This document shows positions 54,381-64,000 of a stretch of DNA of 64,000 nt, one piece after another. The translations under genes and the position numbers were made by a program. Origin of the DNA: Sphagnum compactum (Eukaryota); NCBI GenBank assembly GCA_965153455.1, contig OZ234493.1, positions 14,994,213-15,058,212 of the forward strand. The letters are read 5' to 3'. The first letter of the stretch is position 1. Every line of letters begins with the position of its first letter. The notes beneath the pieces were generated by a model that was not told the DNA's origin, ran no database searches, and worked only from the letters and a program-made list of their open reading frames with translations.

Positions 54381-55185
54381 GCTCTTCCCAACTTTTGCAA
54401 TCTATGTTGGACTTTATGGGCACCTGCTTGTTTATCCCTGAAGTACTTTGTTCAATAGATGGGTATTCTTTCAGAAACAAAAAAACCTCTTTCACTGTTG
54501 GATACTTCATGATATGGTGCTTTCCTGGGTTTGATTAGCCATTTGATTCTAGTGTGCCCCACCTGAAATGAGTGACTATTGGAATCATTTAAGAGGGTTT
54601 CCATGATGGGTGGATGGATGATCAAAGTGTCTTCTTGAGATTTCAACATATTAGCCAGTTTGCAGAGGTGATAACAAACTGTAGTGACCCAAACTATTAA
54701 CAAGTTTTGAACTCAGTTTTGGTGGTTAAGGTATCTCGTTTGAAGGTTACACAATCTTGTTGAAACCTTCAAACAGGATGTCGAAAAGAAAGACTAACAT
54801 GGGATTTAGAACTGCAGGATAATGATGAGGAGCATTCTTTTCCACATCTTATGACACACTATGTTAAGCCACTGTCAGCACTTCCGATCAAGGATAGAAA
54901 TTATCAGACAAGTAGTTTTACTTCAAGTTGTTTGATTTCTATTTTTTCCATTTCATGTGATGCAATACTATTGAAATTTGTGAGGCTAGAACTTGGTCCC
55001 AATTTGCACTTTTCTGACATTCCAGATTTGGAATCATGGGACCATTTGGTTTCTTCAGAATAGGGTGTATCATCTGTTCATGAACTCAATCAAAATCAAA
55101 CTGGTTTTGGTGGGGTATAGGGCCACTTGGGACCACTTGGGCATCTGAGTGAACAGCTTGAACAACAAGCAGATGGGAAAGTGGT

Positions 55186-55570
55186 GGTGGAGAAGATGGG
55201 AAGATCAACAAATTCAGAGGTGTGAGAGACAAGCTGCACAAGCCCTAGCACAGTCCAAGGTCTGATCAGCACCTTGGAGTGTCCTTGTTATCTATCAAAG
55301 GGAGGTAGATGTTTAGAGAACTTCATTTGGGTTCTCACATCTGAGGAGAGACTAACTTAGAATCACAGAAATCCTTCTTCGTCTTCTTCTTCCAATCCTC
55401 AACCTGGAGAGCTTGCTGTATTAAGCCCCTCATCATAACAACCTTCAGATGATGACGAGCAAAAGCAAGAGAGACAAGCTTCACAAACCCTAGCACAATG
55501 TAGGGTTTGATAAGCTCCAACAAAGGCCCTGGGGAAAGTGGGCAGCAAAGATTCATGATCCTTTCAAAGG
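55186..55570 (+). pseudogene. Partial AP2 domain copy 1, split by a 293-bp insert
   Basis: GGEDGKINKFRGVR (55186-55227), then an insert at 55228-55520, then QRPWGKWAAKIHDPFKG (55521-55570). Confidence 0.85.
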
Positions 55571-55572
55571 CG

Positions 55573-56639
55573 ATGCCTACCAATTTGCCACTGGATGGAG
55601 CAGCACCATAGTTGTGTGAGGTATTACGATTTATAGCCCCATGATGCATTTCTAGATGGATGTAGCAGGCAAGCATTTCGAAGTGGTGGGTTTAGGAGGC
55701 ATAGGTCCTATAGTTGTCAAGTTTGGGAAAGCCTTTGGTATGACAGTGACTGTCTTCAGCACCTCCCCCACCAAAGAGAAGGAAGCTTGTGAGGTTCTGG
55801 GAGCTGATCCAGTTCATTATCAGTAAAGATCCAGAGTAATGAAGGTAAATTAAATTTTTTTTTTAAACAACCCAAGAGAGTCTGCACATGAACAATGGTC
55901 AAAGTCCTCTTGTTGGCCACAGGCCAGTGCATGCTTGATGTCAATGTGATGGAATTCATGATCTGTGGAATGCTTGTTATCAATGCAACAGAACCCATGA
56001 TCTGCACATTGTGATATGCTTGGTGTCAATGCAACAGAACTCATGATCCATGTATTTGGATATGTGGATATTTGTGTAGGCTGCAGCAGGATCAATTGAT
56101 TACATAATTAACACAGTCTCTGCTTCTCATCCTTTGGATCCTTACACGAGTACTTTGAAACTAGATGGCAAGCTCGATGGTGGGAATTCTAGAGAAGCCT
56201 TTGTTAATCCATGCATTCTCCCTCACTTCTGGTAAAGTCCCCAAATTCTTCTTCCATGTTTTTTTTAGCTTTTATTTTTGGTTTGAGAGGAGCTTTTTTC
56301 TGAGAAGTTCATTCAGAGAGAAAGAAAGAGAAGTGTTTTTGAAACTCATATTCTTTCCAATTTGAGTTTGTGTCAATTACACAAATTTCTAAACCTAAAA
56401 GCAAAATTGGGTATCCTTGGAAATGGCTGGCAACATGGCGATTTATTGGAGGAAGTAGCATAGGAGGAATCAAGGAGACACAGGAGATGCTTGATTTTTG
56501 TGGGGAGCATAACATCACTTGCATGATTGAGAAGATCCCCATTTCATACATCAATACTGCAGTGGAAAAACTTGAGAAAGCGGATGTGAAATACAGCTTT
56601 GTCATTGATATTAGAAATAACCTTAAATCTAAGAATTGA
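55573..56639 (+). pseudogene. CAD: Cinnamyl alcohol dehydrogenase (CAD)-like 3' fragment, 3 exons with introns retained
   Basis: 55573-55844 MPTNLPLDGAAP*LC..GITIYSPM..VVGLGGIG..VVKFGKAFGMTVTVFSTSPTKEKEACEVLGAD; 56080-56231 AAAGSIDYIINTVSASHPLDPY..LKLDGKL..MVGILEKPL; ~56439-56639 [55 protein letters not shown]. Stops and frameshifts present; N-terminal half absent. Confidence 0.9.
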
Positions 56640-56770
56640 ATTCCGGTTTCAGATGACAACTTTGGAAGTGCAAGGGTGTAGCAGCAGCAGCAGCTCAATT
56701 TTCTCCTGCTTATAGTAGTACTACTGACTGCCAGGTTTTTGTTGTGCACCTAACTAGCCATGTTTCCTAT

Positions 56771-57700
56771 GGTGGAGAAGATGGGAAAACCAACAAATTC
56801 AGAGGTGTGAGACAAAGGCCCTAGGGAAAGTGGGCAGCAGAGATTCATGATCCTTTCAAAGGTGTGCGCTTGTGGCTCTGCGCTTACGATACTCCAGAGG
56901 AGGCAGACAGGCTTATGACAAAGTTGCAAGACAAATCTGAGGTCTTCAGGCTCATACCAATTTTTCAGGCTTTGAGGAGCTTGAGCTGCCTACTACTGCA
57001 AATCCTGACTCAAGTTCGGGTTTGAAGAAGAGAATGACAGAAAATCCTGAAAACCCAAATGGGTGCACTAGTGTTTCCAACAAGAAAGATGTTGCTGCTG
57101 TTGGGAAGTGGTTGTTTCATTCAACTCTGAGAAGAAGTCTTTGTGTCCAGCTGTGGCGGAGATTAAATTCCTCATAGACAGAGTTTCATCAAGTGAAGAA
57201 GAAAAATCTTGCCACACTGCAGTCTTTGAGCTAGAGGTGAATGATGATGGTGGCTTTCCTTCTGCAAGTATGGGGCAGGAGGGAGATGATTCAGATATAG
57301 CACTGTGGGATGGAGGTTCAGGTGCTTTTAGTTCACAAGTGGTTATTTTGCTGGTGCTTTTCTTTGTTGTTTCATTGTCAATGCTACCCTTGTATGTGGC
57401 TGATGCATAGGATGAGTCATTGATGAAGATTGCAACTGTATATTCAAGCGAATCTCTTCTTAGTTTTGGCTCCATGGCTGACATGGTACAAGCTTGCATA
57501 ATCTAAGTAGTCAACAGTTGTGTGCTTAATCTAGGATTTGTTTAGGAGTTAAGGATTGTCTAAACCTTGACAATGGTGACTTTCCATTGAGTAGCTGCAC
57601 TTTCAGCAGCTTTGCAAGTGACTTACCAGTTTTGACTCAAGATGCTCTAGATTTGTGATTGAGATTTGCAAGACCTGCATTATGGAACTGTACCTGCACC
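56771..57700 (+). pseudogene. CRF: AP2/ERF domain copy 2 plus downstream part of the CRF-like gene
   Basis: [36 protein letters not shown](fs)QAYDKVARQI*GLQAHTNF: a full-length AP2 domain with two stops and a frameshift. Segment ~57110-57420 appears inverted. Confidence 0.85.
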
Positions 57701-58869
57701 AGTTGCTTGGGAATTTAATGCTAATGGAAAGCAACTGGACCTTCCAAAGCTGAATGTGCAGCTACTCAATGAACAGCTGCCCTTAGACCTTCCATGTATG
57801 TCACTTGCCTCTCCATTGCTTTGGCATGACTAGATGCTTGTGGCTTGTACTATAGTGCCTGCTAAAATGAAATGGGCACAATCTTGTTGCGGTTGGAATG
57901 AAGAATATATATTCTATTAGCATCTATGCACCTCTTGATTAGTGCTAGCCAAGATCATTACTGACATTCTTCCATGTTGCTTCTGGAAGTCATACAACAG
58001 AAACTCAGTTGCAGGTTGTGGTAGAAACTTAGTTACAGGTTGTGCCAACCTCTTGTTTGGCTTTGGTTTTGAGCATATCAATATTATGTAGTACTTGAAC
58101 CAACTGCTTATAAATATCATAAGGTGCATGCTTGCACCTCAAACCACAATATCCATAAGGCTGCGCTAAATGAAAAAAATTGGTACCAACGCTAAGGTGC
58201 CACACAGAAAAAAGAAAGCAGCATTGTGGTGGTATGTACAAAGAGGTCTAGCTCAGACTAATTGTGTGCTGTCACTTGATGAACTTGTACAAGGTTTTGA
58301 AAAGTTGTTGAATGCGAAGCTGCTCGAGACTTTCATTGTCAGCAGTAGTACATAATCGGCCCTGTGATGTTAGCATGTAAAGAGGTTGGGACAGTTTCAG
58401 CTGATGAATCCATTGGAAGGATATCCAATTTGAAGATCCCTGAATATATCACTTATATCATGGCATGCTGGGTTTGGGACAACTTACTCCTGTGGGTGAA
58501 GTTTTTGTTTGAACTTGATAGTGTCTTTAAGGACATGAGTACAATGAGGAAAGGAAGGCACATATTTTCATATATCCAAATGTATGATAAAACCTACATA
58601 AAACCTACCTAGATAGAGAGGAACCTACCTATGGAGCTAAGATTATTGTAGGTGAGATAAGCATTTAAAACCTACAAACCACATGTTTAGTGTTTTGTAG
58701 TGCAAAATTTTACTCCTTTGCAACTACATTGGCCATAAAAATGTCGGCATGTTTACTTTATGGCAATTGTAATAGTCAAATCTAGGGCATAAGGACCAAT
58801 GATATGCAAACATACCTAGTTATAGATGGTATGAATACATTGTAATTTTGACATCAATATGTGCTACAG

Positions 58870-59638
58870 GAAATATGAGTTGGAAAGGGCATCTACCACA
58901 ATACATGGCATTCCTACACTTGTTGTTTGGATAACCAACGCAGTGCAAGAACACCTGCTGACAGGGGGCACATTTGATGACTAGGATGTGGTTGCTTTGT
59001 CCATTCCACCTAGCACAAAAGCATGCAGCTACAAGGGAATCAAAGCATATGAGAGCCATTTTCATGTGGATGACCAAACAAGTGTTGGATGTGTGACTTA
59101 TGATAGCGGGGTGGCATCATTTTTCAGCCACAACAATGTTGATGACAATCACCATCCTTCAAGACAACTACAATATGTAGGTGTCTTGAAGGATATTTTG
59201 CAACTAGATTACGGAACAATGTCCACCCCCATTGTCTTGTTTCAATGTGATTGGGTTCGAAATGCTTCGGATAATTGTGGTAATCCAACATACAAACGAG
59301 ATGATGCGGGATTTTTAATGGCTAACTTTAGGCACATGTTGCCGGAGGATATTGAACCATTTGTACTCCCTTCCCAAGTGCAACAAGTTTTTTATGCTGA
59401 TGACCGACACACCCCATAGTGGAAGGTTGTACTACATGCGGAATCACGAAGTAGGCGTGTAATTTTGGACACCTATGGGGAGTACATAAGTACAAATGAA
59501 GATGGCAATGCATTGGATGCACCATACACCATATTAGATGCCCCAACAGTCCCTAACAAGATTGGTGCAGTCCTCCTCTCTAGAGTGGAATCACTCTTAC
59601 TCAATGAAGCAAGGCAACTTTGTGTTAAAAGAACATAA
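58870..59638 (+). mobile_element. CACTA/En-Spm transposase C-terminal (DUF4216-like) remnant
   Basis: SYKGIKAYESHFHVDD..TYDSGVAS..YVGVLKDILQLDYG..IVLFQCDWV..KRDDAGFLMANF..EPFVLPSQVQQVFYADD..*WKVVLH. In-frame TAG stops. Confidence 0.85.
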
Positions 59639-60969
59639 ATTTTGAAAATCGAAGCCAAGACACATGTTTGGGCCATACCACAAGGTAAGGACTAAACACA
59701 CAACAGAAAGTGTACATGACTGTACCATGCCAAAAGGAACATGGACCTTATGAATGGGGGATAGGTGATGTTTACTAAAATTTTTGACCCTGTTCTAAAT
59801 CTAAAATGTGTATCAAGTGATTGTTCTATTGGGGATGGTCTAGATCCATGAAAGGTTATTAAGAACATGAACTTTGAATCTGTCACTGGCTGTGCAATGG
59901 CATATGTATGTCCAAAATCATATGCAAAAAACTTAGGTGTTTTTTTTATCCTATCACCAAGATTGTATTAATATTTTAATATATAATAAGTATTGTATAG
60001 ATTATACACATACATTATATATATTTAATAAAATATTTTGTGTGTCTTGCAGGCTTTCGCATGCCTTGAGATTCATCAAAATTATGTGCACACAGTGGAA
60101 AAACAAGGAAGAATTGCAATTTTTTGATCTTACATGGAGTAATGTTTTTTCTCTATGGCCCTTCCATTAGGATTTTTTCCAAAAAATTGACATCCATGGA
60201 TATGATTATTGTAATAGTTTATAACATTAGCCCAACTCATATTATTTTTAACAAATGCTAAATTTCAAAAAAAAAAATTCTCAAAATAGTTTTTCCAAAA
60301 GTCAATTTAGTTGTGGATTTTTGAATTAGTAATGTTTTCATGGTCTTCATTATCATATTAATTAGTTACTGAAATTTTTAGATTTTAATAATCAATAATT
60401 ATGATTTTTTCAATAAACTTCCCTTTTTCAAGGAAAAAAAAAGAAAATGTGTTTACAGAAGCATGATCATGTCCTCCGTGGAACAAAATGGAAATAAATT
60501 AAAAAAGGAAGGAAAAGAAATCTGAAAGGAAGAAAAAACAAAGAAAAATTCCTTAAAAGAAAAAAATACATCTAAAAAAAGTAACAATTAATAGAAACAA
60601 AAAATGAAGGACTTAAAAAATTCAATAAAATCGAGATAACAAGTAGATGGGGAAAAAGGAAACAAAGAAAGGGGGAAATAATGCATTTTCCAAAAAAATG
60701 GATTTGAAATGTCAATTTCAAGTCTCAACATCTCATTTTGGATTTTGAAAAATGACAATGGATTTGGGCTCACTAGTGTCTAGATGCTCTGGAACGCCCA
60801 CAAAGCTTTGTCTTCAAAAAGTTCTATTCCCACTATTGAGAGCTGATGAACCTGTAGCTTAAACATTGACATTGATGATGACAGTGTCAAGAAATATTTA
60901 AATCAATTGAAATTTTGATATATAAAATGTTTTATGACATTTTAACATTAATATGTTTCCTGATTATAA

Positions 60970-61467
60970 CATGGTTGTAACTAGTTGTACATGGATTCAA
61001 TGTTGATATTCTAGATGATAGTTGCCACTTGTTTTCATTAATGGCAATCCATTAGTTGAAATCATTTGCATTCATCTGTTATCTCCTTTATGCAATCCAT
61101 TTTTTGTTTCATCCAACCCCTAACACAATTTATCATCCATTTGTTAGTTGATGGTGTCAATAATGGTAGTTGAATACTAGACTAGTGAAGTTAGCACACA
61201 TGCCAAGTCGGGATGTGCTTATTATTTACTATCCACTGAAAGTGCAAGCTATCCAACTGAAGAGATTCTATTGATGTTAGGAATATTCGACGATTGTCCA
61301 CCCAATCGAAACTGCTTTCGACTATTTACCAATTTTGTAGACAGGTCGACTTAAAGGGGAATCGCCATTATTTTATTTTTTAATTAAAAAATCCTAGTTG
61401 CAACACAGTTGCAAATGACGTGCAGTCGAGAACATTTTGGTTAAAAAAGGGCACTTTTCTACTAGTG
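60970..61467 (+). mobile_element. CACTA right terminus with subterminal repeats
   Basis: Ends TTTTCTACTAGTG at 61467 (reverse complement CACTAGTAGAAAA), preceded by dispersed TAGTTG/CAACT/GTCGA motifs, ~1.8 kb downstream of the transposase remnant. Confidence 0.6.
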
Positions 61468-62029
61468 TTGATAGGTAGTGATGGATTGAACATTGCCCAC
61501 CCAATTCTACTATTTGATGTTCTGCATTCCAGAAAACCTCAAGGCTTAAATGTAAAGCAAGTATCAACCTTTACAAATCTATAAGTGGACCTCCTGCTCC
61601 ATGTTACTTAGGGTTCTAGGTATAATTTCATACTAGATCACTAGAGCACCATATGCATTGGTTTGTCTCGATAATTTAAGTCGTTGTGTTGGTGGAATAA
61701 CATGAAAATATGTAGTTGCTAGGATTTCATTGCCAATTATATGGCTCATCCAAGAAGGTATTGACTTAACTCAAAAGGAGGTAATAACTTTAGAAGAAGC
61801 GGGGTTTTCCTTTGATTGCAGTTGTGTTTGAAGTTTATTTGGTTCCCAATTGTCTAGTCCAAGCAGTTTGCATGTGGCTTGTATGAATGCTCATAGCATT
61901 GTGCAATCGATTGATGCAAGTTGTTCGCCCATAACTCATGGTGGTAAGAAGGTGAGATGGCCTTTCGTCTTCAAAATAACACAACACACCAACAATTGGG
62001 AGGCTAGTAGTTTACTTACATAGTGCATT

Positions 62030-62333
62030 AATTTTCCCCATGTTAATGTCCCTTCACCTGGGTATGGACAAATTTATAGTATTTTTTCAGATGACCAAAG
62101 ATATGACGTGACTATTGGAAAATTTCCCTAGATGCTCATGTGTTTATTTTGTCAAAATGTTGGCAGGTTCTTTGGGTGTTTGTGGGGTGTATGTGCATTG
62201 TAAACATGTGTATCACATCTTGCAAACGATCATGTTCTGTGGGCTCATGGAAAAGTTCATTCATCATTGCACATGGAGTTGGGATGAAGTTCAGTGTTTG
62301 TTGAAGTGCTCCAAAGTTTTTGAATTCTTGTGA
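62030..62333 (+). pseudogene. SWIM zinc-finger coding remnant, probably transposon-derived
   Basis: PGYGQIYSIFSDDQRYDVTIG(fs)PRCSCVYF..VHCKHVYHIL..FIHHCTWSWDEV shows the CxC-xn-CxH SWIM pattern. Frameshifted. Confidence 0.65.
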
Positions 62334-64000
62334 TAGTACATCATCTCATTCATAAACCTCTTTGTAACTGGCTAGATTATGCTTGAAGTTTAGATACTAG
62401 TTTTGGCCCATTCATTATGTTCTCCACTTTGTAGCTTTTGAATCATTGTAGAGTGATGTTTATGTATGTATAATACTTCGGCCATTTCAACACATGTTTG
62501 TCAAATATTTAATATATTTTGAGAAGTTAATTTTTATCAAATATATGTCAAGTATGCAATTCCCACCCATTTCAACATTTTTAAAATATTGTAATTATTA
62601 TTGAAAAGGATTAGACATTTGGAGCATTGTTTGGACGAGGGATGATAAAATGCATCAGGTTAAATTAACAAGAATGCTTTCAAACGTTCACACAATGCTA
62701 TTGGATGAAAGCACGTTACATTATCCATAAAATGTTATCACAAGGCAATTTTTGCAAGATTTTGAACTTTGTAATTGGCCATGTGATTAAATATAATGGA
62801 CTAAAATGAAAAGGGACTCAACACTACAATGTTATATATATTATAATCACATTGTATGAATTTCATAGATAGTTTTTGAACAACCATAACATAATGGACT
62901 TTCAAAGGAGTAACCAAAAACCTATAACAGTCCATAATCAATGAGTATGGACTCCATGCACCTTCATATAATGTTTTTTAATGAGTAAAGGACTCAATGG
63001 TAATATGATGTGATAACATTGATACCAAGGAAGATGTTCTGGAAGGATTTTGATGATCAAATTTGTCTATGTACCTTTAATTATTAAGGCCTTTATTGAA
63101 CAAAAATAATAGTTTAGAAGTTCATATTTCAAAATGAGGTTCTCCATAAGGTAAATTAGGATTAAAAATTTTCTTATAACAAATTTCTAATGATAACTTG
63201 TAAAACGATTTGTGTGATTCAAGGTATCCTGCTTTCACATTACCTTCACAATGTTAATTTATGCAATTATGGACTTCCACATGTGCCTAAAAGTGTTACA
63301 CTTTAATGTGCTTTCACTTGTTGTTGACGACTTTCTTGGCCAAACCCATGTTCAAAGTCAATAAGCCATTGTTCATCTCAAAACAAACCATGGATGTGAT
63401 GTGGCAATTATTCTAGGGCTTATTAAAGAATATTTTGCCATGTCATAGAATATTATGTGAGGTAGCAAAATATTTTGTCATGTCACATGATATTCCGTGA
63501 TGTGACAAAATATTTTGCCACCTCATTTAATAATATCCACGTGGCAAAATAATATACTAATAATATTCCATGATGTGGCATGGAATATTTTTTAAGATTC
63601 CTTTCTTACTCACCCGAACAAGTTCGCCTACTCATGTTCACTTGCTCGCCCACTAGCATCGTTGGGTGTTGGAAATGTGAAACCACATGTTAGTTGGTTA
63701 CACCTTATAATGGTTGGACCATTGCTTTTCTCTATCAAATGTATGTCATATTACTTTGCTTTACTTCTTTAGAGCCTTTTATCTTACATGATTTTGTAGC
63801 AAACCAACATCAAATTGGTGTAGATCGTGACCTATTCTAGGTATATTGAAGCTAATTGATGTGATTCATAGTCTAGGCAAAGCCGGATATGGGGTGTTTG
63901 GGTGTTGTGGTTGGAGGAAACAATGTTAAGCAACAAACACACTCTACTTAGCAAACGACAACTCACAATGTAGTAGGTAGTGCACTACTTGCTTCTTGTC

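Noticed and set aside
60091-60778. Transib/RSS-heptamer-like element (CACAGTG ... CACTAGTG)
   Set aside because: TIR match is too short and imperfect, with no 5-bp TSD. Probably an old MITE, family unassignable.
49323-61467. A single intact Pack-CACTA spanning the whole mosaic
   Set aside because: Left CACTACCATT and right CACTAGTAGA termini match only in the first 5 bp, and the flanking 3-mers (TAA vs TTG) are not a TSD. Kept only as a hypothesis.

Overview
Eukaryotic, AT-rich land-plant nuclear DNA; the repeat style and gene content suggest a bryophyte such as a moss (inference only). One clearly intact gene: a 30-exon VIP1/VIH (PPIP5K, inositol pyrophosphate kinase/phosphatase) at 13387-24696 (+), about 1051 aa. 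The rest is decayed repeat and pseudogene material: two Ty3/Gypsy relics (one with an internal inversion), CACTA/En-Spm remnants, MITE-like elements, tandem repeats, and a scrambled mosaic pseudogene (CRF/AP2-ERF pieces interleaved with CAD and other gene fragments). The most unusual signal is largely missed by the ORF track: the C-terminal half of a bacterial-type NAD+-dependent DNA ligase (LigA: OB-fold end, C4 zinc finger, HhH, BRCT) on the minus strand at about 45.8-48.8 kb. It is split by spliceosomal GT-AG introns and now disabled, which implies a domesticated, intron-bearing LigA gene in this lineage. All protein identifications come from manual translation and motif recognition; no database search was run.
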